Numbered from the whole stretch's first letter, positions 14,224 to 27,127 are shown. The stretch: 54,151 bases of DNA, filler included, from Sphacelaria rigidula (GCA_964200075.2; 4 parts of 4 records of this genome joined end to end with filler, not necessarily neighbours in it), one strand, 5' to 3'. Numbers and translations: made by a program. The notes: generated by a model not told the origin, from the letters alone.

Positions 14224-15072
14224 GTTCGACAACAAGGATGTTTTTCTGACGGCCCTATAAATCTTGCCCGACGACATGAACCGTTATGATTCGCAGAGGT
14301 TGAAAGCTGACGTTATTTGTGGCGGATTCGTTGGGATTGACTCTCGACAGTGGATATATCCAGTGTTTTTGTTTCTCGTTCCCTCTCGTTCAAAAACTTG
14401 AGGACGATGGCAAGCGAAAGTGTTGAAGTCGATGAAAGTTGACGGACCCCGGAGTGTTGGCTCAGTACTCGCCAGAAAGGTGCAAGGGAAGTGCCAGGAA
14501 AGGTCATATGGTTCCCCGAAACTAAGAACTCTTCCCGAGACGGGAAAGGGGGGTACGATGGAGGGGTCACAAGTGTGAACCTGAGACAGAGAGCGTGTGT
14601 ACTGAACGGTGCTCTGTCCGGTACAGATCGAATGTATTGCTATCAATGGGCACCAAGGTAATCATGTCCTCCTTTCGTGGGTGTGGCATCCTACAGTCGT
14701 GATTTGAGCGTGGAAAGTGCACTTGCGTCGAACTCCGGCACCAATTACCACGGTTGACATGAAACTTCGGGGCGGGTCAAGCGCTGCAGGCATGGTTGCC
14801 ACGTGTTCCCAATGCATTACCCATTCACTGGCGGGCGCCAGTAGTCGTCACGGTCGTGTCTCTCCGTGTTTGCTTGATCTTGGCACACCTTCACTTGCGA
14901 AACTGCAGGACCACGCATTGTATTCTCCAATTTGTAGGCATGTGCTGTCCTGACTCTTCGTACTTCAACCGCAGGCCTGAATCAGAGGGTTCACGCTAAG
15001 ATATTGAAAGAGAAAGGACAGAATGGTGACCCTGCTCCCCCATCTCCTGCCCCCTCCTCACTACTTGGACAG

Positions 15073-15321
15073 CACCCGGGAGAATTTGTGATTGCAGCAG
15101 ATCACCCATTCAACCCGCACGTGTATCTCAAGTCTGCCCTCACCCCTGAAGAGCTCGACACGGTCCTCAGGGGCGGAAGTGTGGTGCAGGCGGGCAGTGG
15201 TGGCGGCGGTGGTGGTGCGAAGAAGCATAAGAGCAAGTCCGGCCGCCGTCGCTCCGGAAAGGCGGCTGTGCAGCAGTTGCAACAGCAGCAGCAGCAGCAG
15301 CAACACCAACAACAACAGGAG
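15073..15321 (+). CDS. Next exon of the same gene: end of the winged-helix motif, poly-Gly, basic KKHKSKSGRRR patch, poly-Gln
   Basis: Pyrimidine-rich tract plus CAG at 15070-15072; completes FLEK|HPGEFVI; probable donor GAG|GTGAAG at 15322 (3' boundary less certain). Confidence 0.7.
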
Positions 15322-16748
15322 GTGAAGGACGTTGGTGTTGGTGTTAGTATTGTTGGTATCCGCCTTCGCTTTTGGCTGGAATCCAGGGCTGTATGCTGGC
15401 AGGCTGCGTAGATGCGGGGAAACCCTTGTTGGTTGCCCTTGCGTTTCCTCACGTCTTGTTGGTTGCTGGCGGCCATGTTTGCACGCCCGATGAAGCAAAC
15501 TGCCGCGCCGCCGATGTCTCGCAACATGGGTACAGAAATGGAAACTCATTCGACCTGAGTTAGCAGCATGGGACTCAGGGGCGATGTTTTAACGATGTCG
15601 AACTTAGCGCTAGCAAGGTCTGGAGGGAGCCGAAACGTTGAATTCGGTTTATGAGCTATACAGCTTCCCATGTTTGCTTTTTTGTTGATAAAGAACGTAG
15701 ACAGCGCGTGGTGTTTTTTTCGCAAGCTAAACCCTGATCGTTGCTTCCTCGTGTTCTTAGCAGGCTCATGGATATGATGTGAGTGGTGTGGTAAGGGTTG
15801 CTGATTGGAGGATACAAGGTAGATAAGTCTTGAGAGCGTGGTGAAAAGTAATACGTCTGTTCGAGCAGGGCCAGCCTAAATGTGATTTCTTGGTTTGCAG
15901 ATCCCGCCTCACCTCAATTTTGAGAGTTGGACGTTTAATTTTGGAACGGAGAACTAATACGAGCTTGGCCAGGTGAGAAGCGAAGTTTCAGTCTGCAGGC
16001 CCATTCACCGGCCAATATTTTGAGTTGGACCCTGAAATTTGGTATGGAGAATGAATAGGACATGATAAAAACAAATCCCAGTGCACACTAAGTTTTTTTT
16101 TTCATGAGTTACGGGCATTTTACTGGTACCCGAAGACTGATTATTGCCCCGAACTCATGGAAAAAAAATCGCTTGTGTGCGCTGGTAATTGTTGTTATTA
16201 TACCCTATTCATTGTCCATACCAAATTTCAGGGGCCAACTCTAAATATTGGTCGATCATTGAGACGTTCAGTGACGGGGTCAGAAAAATCGGAACAGTAT
16301 TTCACAGGCCACACACCGCCCCACCGTTGGTGTTTGTGTATCAAAACTTTTTGTGGGCCGTGGCTAGGGCATAATTGACAAAACGAAGTGGGTCCGGTTG
16401 ATTTTTTTCAATTTGTTCACTGATTTAGGGCGTTTTACTATGGAAATGGCCATTTTTTTTACGAGAACGCCCAAATCTCCCCCCCCAATAAATAAATAAA
16501 TAAATGAGGGCCCACTTTTTTATATTCAGTATACTTGCTGTGGTTCCTTATCCCGAGTTTCAGATCACAATTCTAAAAGTTGTGCTAAAAACTGAGTTGA
16601 GGCTACTTCTTATTTATCGAAAAACCCGTAATCAAAAAGCCGATTTTCAACAGCACGTTCAACATTATTTTTGGAAGTAGCCCTTCTCTGCGTGATTGAC
16701 GCTATCAACATTAGAAAAGCAGTGTTCATCATTCTCTACAAGGTGTGT

Positions 16749-17547
16749 CGAGGGTCTGTCGAGCGAAATTTTTCGGACACGTGCGGAATTGTTGAAAAAA
16801 CACTGTTTTGATCATGTCTGTTGATTTTGTTACCAAAAATTGATCAATAAACGCTGATAAAAATGGGAAAGTCTGGTGGTCTTTGTGGGGTTCGTGTATC
16901 TGCTTCTGCTCCTTGCCCGTTCTGTCCCGATGACCTCAGATGCCGGAGGGCAATTTTCCGACAAATAAAATCATCCTATTTTTTTCTGTTGGCTTTTTTG
17001 CAAGAAATTAAACAATGAACATTGAAAAAATCCGAAGAGTTTGGTGGGCTTTGCGGGGTATATGTTTGCTTCTGCTCCTTTACATATTTATTTTTAGATT
17101 TATTGTATGATACATGATGTAAGGATCATATGTTATATACTACATAGCATCTACATATATTGATATATAATTATATAATATAGTATATGCTGCCCCTTGA
17201 TGAATATTCATATATATATAATCATACAAAATATATTGTATGTAATACAGACAACATGACATATATTGAGCAAAATAAGCATATGTGTAATATATACCTA
17301 AACTATTGACCTATATTATATGGTACATAATATATGATCTGTAATATACATCATATATTATAGTATATGATATATAGTATATGAAATATAATGTATGAGG
17401 ATCTCCACTGTCTACGGCAGCTGACCACATCCGCCAACGCTTCGGCGAAAAAACAGGGGACACACGGATGGGTGTCCCCCCCTCAAAAACTCGGATTTTC
17501 GACGTTGGGGTCTACTTGTCCCGAAATATATTTTTGACAGACCCTTG
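16749..17547. mobile_element. 799-bp non-autonomous TIR element with 7-bp TSD (P-superfamily-like), nested in the foldback arm
   Basis: TIRs CGAGGGTCTGTC and GACAGACCCTTG; GGTGTGT duplicated at 16742-16748 and 17548-17554; host repeat resumes exactly across it; very AT-rich core about 17090-17400. Confidence 0.75.
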
Positions 17548-18147
17548 GGTGTGTAGGTATATTTTCAAATTCTTGTGCGTGCGAGAGAGACGCAGCACTC
17601 TGCTGTCGTGTCGTGGTGTACGGTCCGTACTGACTATCTTTCTGTACTACTGTAATACATTGCCTGAGCAATTCATGATGGGCTGCGTGACGCAAGACGA
17701 TCGATAAGAACACCGCCCTGCTGTACTAGCTGGCTCTAGAAGTGACGGTTGTGCCTTTTTACTGCACAATAGTACCTGACTGAAACGACAACAAGGATAA
17801 CAGTACAGACAAAGCTGTAGTACATGCATTGGCTGTAGTCCTACAACAGTAACGCTGTTCATGGTATTGTGTGTACTGTCAGTACGGTCCTGTATCTACA
17901 AGGCTTGGGTGCGTAAGCAGTCTGTATTGATCGTTTTTTGGTGTAAGCAGTCTGTATACTGCATAACCACGTGTGTTCGCAACACGCTGCATGCACAAAA
18001 GTGAACTGAGCTGCAATTTCGCTGCACCACAGTACTCGATTGCACGGACAACAGTACAGATAGTGCTGTCTTGTATGCATTGGATGTACTGTCAGTCCAG
18101 TCCTGTCTATACAAGCCTTAGGCTACTTCTCATGTTGTAAAAAAAAC

Positions 18148-20490
18148 AGTGTCAGAAAACGCGTTTTTTCCGATAGGAAATTTTCTGATGACATTTTTCG
18201 ACAGCCCAAAGTCATCAGAAAATCGTGATCTTCTGATAACCTTGGGCTATCGAAAAATGTCATTGAAGAAGCATTTGACCACACCCACGACAGCACCCGT
18301 GATGGCTTGGCTGCCATAACTACTACTGCTGTCGCTGGTGCTCGCGGGCATTCAGCGTGTTGCATCATTGTCCTTCGCTCGCCAATAGCGTGATGCCCCT
18401 TAACCCCATGAGAACAGCAGAGGGCAGGGTCGATGACGAGTGCTGTACAGACAGGACAGCCTATGCTGTATGTTGTAGCTCAGTTCATGTCTGTGCACGA
18501 AGCATGTTGCAAGCAGCAGTTGCAATGCTTTACAGACTGCCCATGCACCCGAGCCTTACAAAGACAGGACCGGACTGACAGTACGACAGTACACACAAGA
18601 CTAGAAGATGGGCAGAGCCACTACTGTAGTACATCCAACGCATACAATACAGCACTGTCTGTACTGTTGTCCGTGCTGTCCTTACAACCGAGTACTACGG
18701 CACGGTGCTGCGAAATTGGAGATCAGTTCAGGTCTGTGCATGCAGCGTGTGGCGAATAGACATCGCTATGCAATACAGACTGCCCGCGCACCCAAGCCTT
18801 GCAGATACATGACCGTACTGACAATACACGCAAGACTTTGAACAGAGCTACTGTTACAGTACTACAGCCACTTCATACGATACAACACTGTCTGTACTGT
18901 GGTCTGTGCTCTCCGTGTAATCGAGTACTACGGTGTAGCGGAAAAGCACAACCGCTAGCTCTACAGTCACTTGGTATAGCAAGGTGGTATTCTTCTTGCT
19001 CATGTTGCGTCACGCAGCCCACCCTGTATTGCTCGGTAAATACATTACAGTAGTACAGACAGACAGGGCGGACCGTAAACCACGACACGACAGCAGAGTG
19101 TTGTGTCTCTCTTGCGCGCCCCAAAATCTGAAATTATGCCCACACGCCTTGTAGAGAACGATGAACATCGCTTTTCCAATGTTGATGGCGTCAATCACGT
19201 AAAAAGCGCTACTCGAAAAAATTCTGTTGAAAAACGGCTTTTTTTATGACGTTTCTTTATAACTTTTCATGTGTAAAAAACCCTCAAACAGTAAACGCTT
19301 CTTCTGATAAATGACCAAAAACCCTCATGTGATCAGAAAACTCGTTTTCTGACGAGAAATTTTCTTATAACATTTTCCGATAGCCCGAAGTTATCAGAAA
19401 ATCAGGATTTTCTGGTAACCTTGGGCTATCAAAAAATGTTACCGAAAAAGCGTTTGGACACGCCTTACAGCCCACGACAGCACCTGTGATGGCTTGGCTG
19501 CCATCACTACTACTGCTGTGGCTGGTGCATGCGAGCATTCAGCGGGTTGCATCATTTTCCTTCGCTCGCCAGTAGCGTGGTGGCCCTTGACCCCATGAGA
19601 ACAGCAGAGGGCAGGGTCGATGGCGACTGCTGTACCGACAGGACAGTCTATATATCGTCCGTACAATATTGTAGCTCAGTTCATGTCTGTGCACGAAGCG
19701 TGTTGCGAACAGCAGTTGCAATGCTTTACAGACTGCCCACGCACCCAAACCTTGTAGAGACAGGAACGGACTGAAAGTACACACAAGATCATGAGATAAG
19801 TAAAGCTACTACTGTAGTACATCCAACGCATACAACACAACAGTAGTGTCTGTACTGTTCCTGTTGTCTGTGCCGCCCGTACAACCGAGTACTACAGTGC
19901 AGCGCGCAGCGAACTTGCTGCTCAGTTGAGCTTTGTGCATGCAGCGTGTTGCGACCAGACGTCCCTTCGCAGTACAGGCTACCTACGCATCCAAGCTTTG
20001 TAGATACAGGACCGTGCTGAGAGTGCACACAAGACTATGAATAGTGCTACTGCTGTAGTACTACAGCCAATGCATGCAATCCAGCACTGTTGTGTGTAGT
20101 GTTGTCCGTGCTGTCCTTTCAGTCAAGTACTACCGTCCAGTAAAAAGCACAAGCGTCACTTCTACAGTCGTCAGTTAGTTGGTACAGCAAGGCGGTGTTC
20201 TTTTTGGTCGCCTTGCGTCACGCAGCCCACCATGTATTGCTCAGGCAATGTATCACAGTAGCACAGAACGACAGTACGGACCGTACACCACGACAGGACA
20301 GCAGAGTGCTGCGTCTCTCTCTCGTACCCCAAAATATAAAATTATGCCTGCACACCTCATAGAAAACGATGAACACTGCGTTTTCAATGTTGATAGTGCG
20401 TCGATCACGTAAGAAGGGCTATTTTGAAAAGTTCTGTCGAAAAATGTGCTGTTGAAAAACCTATTTTTCTGATGACGTGTTTTTTTATAC
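18148..20490. repeat. Two diverged tandem copies of an about 1.18-kb unit, each with internal about 240-bp subrepeats
   Basis: 18148-19262 aligns with 19330-20490 (e.g. shared ACCCCATGAGAACAGCAGAGGGCAGGGTCGATG and AACCTTGGGCTATC); CAGTA-rich subrepeats. Confidence 0.85.
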
Positions 20491-20992
20491 ATGGGGAGTA
20501 GCCTAAGGCCCAAGGGCAGTGTTCATTTCTCATCAAAACTGCCCTAAAAACGGAAGAAAAATGAACATTTTTTTTTTCATAATGCATCAGCTGTTTGTTC
20601 TCCGTAAAACTTTTTTAAAGTCAAACTCTCAAAGCTGAGACACGATATCCAGATTTAGTTCATCTAGTGCCTCTGCTCGTAATATATTGATTTTGGTAAA
20701 GAAAGATATGTGCGCCATTGAGATGAATAACAAATTAGGTGAAGGTGACGGCATCTATCGTCTCTCCGTGCTCCCGGGAATGTCCACACCAGCAATCGTC
20801 GTCACCCGCTGAATGTATCGATTGGGGGTTTCATATAGATTCGAGCAGATGGGCACCTTCCCCATGATTAGACGGTTAATACGATATGAGGATCATGGCC
20901 CAACTCGTCTATGTCGATAAGATATTGCTTCGAAATGTTGAATCTGTTCTTAGGTTGGCCCAGCTCGTGAGGTATACGAATGAAAAAATCGC

Positions 20993-21027
<35 letters not shown>

Positions 21028-21149
21028 CTTGATTTAATAGCAATAATCAGTATTCAGTTTTCAGGAAAATTTCGTCAATTCACCAATCCATGAGAACTTT
21101 CCGTCCACGAAAAGTTTTCTTCATTTTGCCCTTTTCATTCTCCGTATCC

Positions 21150-22055
21150 GTTACAAATTTGACAGTCCAACTCTCAAATTTCAGGTGAGGGGGGATTCAG
21201 AAACCGGGGCGGGCGAAATTTGGCCAGTATTTTCCATGCCATTCACCCGCCCACGATTTGTTTCTGTGTTTTTTGATTTCTTATGGGACCTCGCTAGGCC
21301 ATAATGAAGCAAAAAAACGGAGAGAATGATTTGTCTTACTTTTTTCCTTGTTTGGGACGTTTCAGTACAGTAAGGGCCATATTTTCACGACAACGCACAT
21401 ATCTATCCAAGAGAGTATGAAAGCTTTCTTTTTTTGTTTCCAACTTGCCTTTGCGGTTCTCCATGCGAAGCTTCAAATTACGTTTACAAAAATTGAGCTC
21501 AAGAACTGAGAAGGTACGAGAACAATCTTCATTTTCCCCTAATTTATCTCGAAAACCCAGGGAAGAACCGAAAGAAGATGAAAAGCTGATTTTCCATGTT
21601 ACTATGCACCGGCGATTCTCCATACGAAATTTCGAAACACAACTCTCAAAAACTGAGATGTGATACCCGGATCTAGCGCATGTAGTACCTCTGCTCGTAA
21701 TATATTGATTTTAGTATAGAACCTCATGTGCGCTCCATCTCGAGATGAATGAAGAATCGCGTGAAGGTGAGGGTATGTATCGTTTCCCCGTGCTCCAGGG
21801 ACGTCCACACCAAAATCGTCATCATCCGCTGCATCGTTCGGGGTTCCATGTAGACTTTGGTATAGATGCTATCTCCGTACGGTATAGGGATTACTAGACA
21901 CGTGTTTAAATCAACGAGAGAAATCGACTCAGGCCTTTGGGCAGATGAGCACCTTCCTCTTGATTAGACGGCTAGTTCGATATGCGGATCACTGCCCAAC
22001 TTGTCTGGCCATGAGATATTGGTTTGAGAGCGTAGAGGTGTGTCTGGGCTGGACC
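21150..22055. repeat. Additional diverged fragments of the same TIR-element family
   Basis: 21640-22055 is a direct copy of 20622-20965; 21150-21200 is the reverse complement of 15885-15950. Confidence 0.7.
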
Positions 22056-22194
22056 ATCACATCCCGTAGTATGTCGTTTTTTCCACGTGTTGTTCGTATT
22101 TTTGTGTCACTTTCAGCTAACCTCGAGATGAGAAACGTTTGCAGCGCCCCGTGACCTCCCCTGTTCTGCCATTTTTGCTGTTGCCAATCACCAG

Positions 22195-22392
22195 GGACCT
22201 GGTGGTGGTGTCCACCTACATGCTGGACACGCGGCGGGGGGGCTCGCCGGAGGCGTAGGCGGAAATCCGGCCATCATGCCGCAGCTCCGAGAGGGTCAAC
22301 AGCAAGCCGGACATCTCCGCAACACTGGCCACTCCCAGATGCAGCAGCAGCACCAACAAAGACAGGAGGAGTCTCTGCAGATCCCCTCCCTC
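22195..22392 (+). CDS. Probable further exon of the same gene (Gly/His/Gln-rich low-complexity, 66 codons)
   Basis: Pyrimidine tract plus CAG ending 22194, donor GTGAGC at 22393, phase 0/0 compatible with the previous exon, GC-rich open frame GPGGGVHLHAGH...QQQHQQRQEESLQIPSL. Confidence 0.6.
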
Positions 22393-22953
22393 GTGAGCGT
22401 TGTGGTGATTGTTTTGTACGCAGATGTAGACGATGTCGCTTGCGATATGAGTCATGTATACAAGGAAAAAGAGCTAGCCATAGATGTTGAAAACATTTCT
22501 TGGGCTTCGGCAGAGTTGCACGTTCGCGCTGTAACGAGGACACGTGTATACAAATGTACATGCATGACATATATGTTGAAATGCTAGCAACATTTTCCGA
22601 AAAAATCAAAACCTGACTCGTGTAGAATCGTACAGATTCCAGGTTGAATGGTAAGTTAAATTGAAATAGCTTACGGTAACCCTCACCTCGTCAAAACTCC
22701 GGTCCCTAGTTGAATGATGATTATTTTCTGTAGAGGCAACACCTTAGTAGAAAACACCGCGTTAGGTTGTCACCCGGCGTCATGGTTATCGTTCCTTGCT
22801 CATGAGCCGCTGCCAGCAGTCTATGGCCGTCTCAGTCGAGCATAACAGGAGCAATAACCGCGCCAGTATGGTGGTACATGCGGGCACTTGTTGACGATGA
22901 TACAGTGCACTGATGATCTAGTACACGAAACAGTATGGTGTATGGACATGGAC

Positions 22954-23021
22954 GATTGTGCCCCCCCTTTCTTGATGATTGTGCACACCCCTTTCTTGAT
23001 GATTGTGCACACCCCTTTCTT
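22954..23021. repeat. 24-bp minisatellite, about 3 copies (GATTGTGCACACCCCTTTCTTGAT)
   Basis: Directly visible tandem copies. Confidence 0.85.
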
Positions 23022-24189
23022 CAGTGATGACAAAATACTGTTCACGCACTTCGCAACTTCTTTGCAATACTTCTGATGACCTCTCATGCCCATTTAGAGT
23101 CCATTCATGCCTACAAGAACTCCTTCTCCGAACTCCTGGGGGACCATCAGCTGGAATTAAAACTCGGAATAGAAACTAAGGGCGTTGAAAAGGTCCATGC
23201 TTTGTTTCTTACCTCACGAGTGATGACGAATATGGCCAATCCCAGAGAGGTTTTGTGTTGACAGCGTTTTATGATATGGTATGATGGTTCAAATATTAGT
23301 ATTGCATAAGGTGTCGTTACATTTCGTGCTCGGTCGGTGAAGCGGGTACATGGTATTTCTGGACCCTATCATTTCACGAGTTTTGATATTGTAACTTCAC
23401 CTCCGGCGTTCAACGTCCATGCTCATCTGCAACCAGCAACGATCACCAATGACAAGCAATAATTAGGGTCGTGTATCGGTGGGAAGTACGGTTGTTACAT
23501 ATCGGCGACACCCATGAATTTTTGAAGTATCGGAGCTTGCGCCCTCAGCCGCTAGGTAACTGCCGTTCGCCCGCCCCCACCCGGCTAACGAGGGAGCTTT
23601 GTCGGAAGCGCCGAGGCATGGAAAAGACGCGACGTGGCTCCCTTCAAAATGAAGGGCAGATAACCGGCTTTGGGCTACAAATGTCCATGGTTGACACACG
23701 TTTCGCTACCCCCAAAAGCCTAACCCTAAACCCACCCCAACGCATATCGATCACCCTCGGGCAAGGGCGGTACATGGCATTTTCTAGGCAACGTGCGGCC
23801 TTGGTAGACGCCAAATCGACGCCTCTGGCGCCGAAATGAACGAAAACGCGCTCTGCGCACGCGAGGAGCACACGGGACTGTCAGCCCTACTAAAGATGCG
23901 ATTCTCGTCGTACACACTCAAATCAAGTGATTGTCAACCACGAACATTTGTAGCCCAACGCCGGTTAACTCTGCTGTCAAAATGAGGCCCAGAGTGCTTG
24001 CGAAGCAGATGTTCAACAACCACCCAGAATATTTCGGAGCTTCACAAGTTGGGATTGAAATAAACTCGACCAGCACATGGATATACTGACGCGCGCACAC
24101 GCCACGTGAAAAAATCTTTGTGACATGAGGTTGCACAGGTCCAACAGACTGCACGCCATCGAACCGTGGGTCATGACAGTTATCAGACC

Positions 24190-25300
24190 CTAGGGAGAGC
24201 AGACACTCAACTCCCTGTGGAAGTAGGCGAGAACCCAACACTACGAAGAGCATCCACTATATTCCCTGAGGAAGTAGGCGAGTAGGCGAATACGCGAGTA
24301 GGCGAGTAGGCGAGAACCCAACACTTGAGCAAGCATGCATCATCTCCCGAAGGGAGTAGGCGAGAAGCCAACACCGGGGGGAACATAAGCTATACTCTCT
24401 GAGGGAGCAGGTGGGAACCCAAGATCGGAGGGAGTAGGGGATTGATTCGGAGGGTTCGCTACCGCAGGTACTGCAAGTGGGGCGTGAAAATATGTTGGCA
24501 AGAGGCGAGTCGCCCTCGGTAACGACGATCGTTGATTGCGATCAGAGCGCAATTTTCCGTCGAAAAGGTCAGCCCCTGATTCACCGAGCAACACATGTTG
24601 ATTCTCCTGTACTTGGTGTAGACAACAGGTTTGAATGTATTCCTCCCAGTGCATGGAGGGTGCGCTACACACGGAAATCAGATTGCGGCGGCGTCATAAT
24701 AACTCGGCATGTGGAGTTTGATCTTCAAACTCCCTACTGCAAGGACAGGAAGAACATTTGTGTTGCTTTCAGTAGGGAGTCTGAAGATCAAGTTTTATAC
24801 GTGGAGTCATTCCGCCGCGCCGCCATTCCGCCGCGCCGCCCTGGGATATCTGTGTACAACGCACGGATGTCAAGGTACGTGAAGGGATGCATTTTGACGT
24901 TTTTTCCCTTGACGAAGTGCAGAAGAAGCAAGATGTCTAACAGTTCACCTCTTTGACGGTCAGTTGCGCTCTGATCACACTGAACGATCGTCGCTCCAGA
25001 GGGCGACTCGCCTCTCACCATATATTGACGCCCCACTTGCAGTACCTGTGGTAGCCGAATCCACCACACCAATCACTTCGCCTGCTCCTGCTCCCCTCGG
25101 TGTTGGGTTCGTGCTTAGTCCCTCACGGAGTAAAGAGCATGCTCGCCGCCCGTGTTGGGTTCCCGCTTAGTCCCTCACGGAGTGAAGAGCATTCTCCCCC
25201 CGTGTTGGGTTCACGCCTACATCCCCAGAGAGTATAGTACACGCTCCCCGCGGTATCGGGTTCCTGCGTACTCCCTCAGAGAGTATAGTGCATGCTCGCT
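24190..25300. mobile_element. Inverted-repeat (foldback/MITE-like) element with arrays of about 47-bp subterminal repeats
   Basis: 24445-24570 is the reverse complement of 24945-25065; outer arms built of GAACCCAACAC / GTGTTGGGTTC units; exact termini and TSD not resolved. Confidence 0.65.
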
Positions 25301-25418
25301 AGCGTTTTTGCAAAAGAGGCGCGAGCGTGGCTTGTGGTTGGATCCCTTGTAAAACAACTCTGCTGGGGCCGGTCAGGGGACAGGAGCAGGTGGACAAAAG
25401 AAGGTGGTGAAAATCATA

Positions 25419-26360
25419 CGAGCTGGGCCAGCCTAAACACGGATTCAAGCTCTCAAAGCAATATCTTGTCGACACGGACGAGTTGGGCCATGATCCGTAT
25501 ATTGTATTATTCGTCTAACCAAGGGGAAGGTGCAAATCTGATCAAAAGTTTGGGCCCATATTTTCTCGTTGATTAAACCCCATGTCTGGTAATTCCTACA
25601 CCTACCGGAAAAAGCGTCCGTACTAGAATCTCTATGAACCCCCGATCGATGCATTCAGCGGATGGCGACGAATTTTGGTGTGGACATCCCCTGGAGTACG
25701 GGGAGACGATACATACTCTCGCCTTCGCCTGATTCGTGATCGATCTCGAGATATGGCGCACATAAGTTCACATACTAAAATCAGTATATCACGAGCAGAG
25801 TCACTAGATGAACCAAATCTGGATATCGCGTCTCAGTTTTTGAGAGTTATGCTATGAGATTTCGTATGGAGGACCGCTAGTGCCTAATACAGGTAAAAAA
25901 AACATTCTTCATATTTTTTTCGTTGACAAATCGTTTTTTAGGGCATTTTAGAGGAGAAATAACCACAGAGGTATGCTAAAAAATAAAAAGAATATGGACC
26001 CTCGATTTTTTTGATGAGATAAGTTCGGGCGTCCTAGTAGAAAATGGTCGTTTCGATGATAGAACGCCCTAAACCAGCAAAACAAAAAATTTATCTGACA
26101 CCCTTTGTTTCGTCAATTATGTCCTATCGACGGTCCACACAAAGTTTCAAAACACATATACCAAACATGAGCCGGTAAATGGCTTGCAAAATACTGTTCG
26201 GAATTTCTTCTCACCCCGTCACTAGACGTGCCCTTCACCGGCCAATATGCAATATTCAGAGTTGGACGCTGAAATTCGGTATGGACAATGAAAAGGGCAT
26301 GATACAAACAAATACCAGTGCACATCAGCTTTTTTTCTTTGTTCCATGAGTCAGGCCGTT
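25419..26360 (-). repeat. Inverted copy of terminal and subterminal modules of the CGAGCTGGGCCAG element family
   Basis: Begins TA-CGAGCTGGGCCAGCCTAA; 25419-25875 is the reverse complement of 20622-20967 and 21620-22055; 26105-26355 is the reverse complement of 16150-16390. Confidence 0.75.
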
Positions 26361-27027
26361 TCTTCCGCTTCGTTTTTTGCAACAAATTATAGGAAAAAAA
26401 TACCGCTGGGGAAATGCTATGAGAGATGTTGACCCTAGCTTACGGTTTCAAATATATTTTTTAGGGGGGTGGGGTACCTCAGGTACCGTCAGCGGAATTG
26501 AGATGGGTTTGCACGCCAAAGCGAGGTACAAACACCTGCAGACTTCGCCATGCCAAGTTCCCTGTGTTTGTGTAAGAAGACGTCCCCCGATCGCTGCTGT
26601 CAGTTTGCACACAGCGATAGAAGATGCCTGACCGCCAGTACTGTATCCATTGCTTGAACCAGCCATCGATGATGACAACCGCCCCTTCGGAACGGAAGAG
26701 CCTAGCTTCATCGTGACACCAGCCCCGAGATCGTAACAGTACGGTGTTTCACCAACCCCAGCATCACAAAAGACCGACGCGGTGTGAGTTGTGAGTCCAG
26801 TTATTTTGTCGATGCCGAGAGACTCGGGGACCATTTCCGGGGAGAAGGGGGGGTGGTCGTTGTGGCGACCGTGAACGGCAAATGAACTGGAAAAGAGCCG
26901 AATGTGTGGGCGCCATAATTGGAGTTGGCGCGTAGACTCCCTGGCACAGTGTAGAGAGCGATGGCCCAGATAAGGTACGATCGAAAAAGAAATCCTAGAT
27001 CAGGTATACCTCGGCGAAATGTGGCCT

Positions 27028-27127
27028 NNNNNNNNNNNNNNNNNNNNNNNNNNNNNNNNNNNNNNNNNNNNTTAATTAATTAANNNNNNNNNNNNNNNNN
27101 NNNNNNNNNNNNNNNNNNNNNNNNNNN
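27028..27127. other. Artificial contig-joining linker (N44-TTAATTAATTAA-N44)
   Basis: Identical 100-bp spacer. Confidence 0.97.

Larger units (their letters stand above)
15862..20967. mobile_element. Large non-autonomous foldback-like DNA element with about 18-bp TIRs and long modular inverted arms (intronic)
   Basis: Left CGAGCAGGGCCAGCCTAA (15862-15879) versus right TTAGGTTGGCCCAGCTCG (20950-20967); 16620-16748 plus 17548-18120 are reverse complements of parts of 18550-19250 and 19745-20480; no recognisable transposase ORF. Confidence 0.65.

Noticed and set aside
15004-15411. 135-aa single-exon ORF as listed in the ORF track
   Set aside because: Its first 23 codons are the intron pyrimidine tract and its tail runs past a probable donor; only 15073-15321 is treated as exon.
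23719-23733. CCTAACCCTAAACCC telomere-like motif
   Set aside because: Only about two units, internal; not an array.
25095-25295. Regularly spaced about 47-bp repeats superficially like a CRISPR array
   Set aside because: The 'spacers' are similar to each other, the array is mirrored in the opposite arm, the context is eukaryotic and there are no cas genes.
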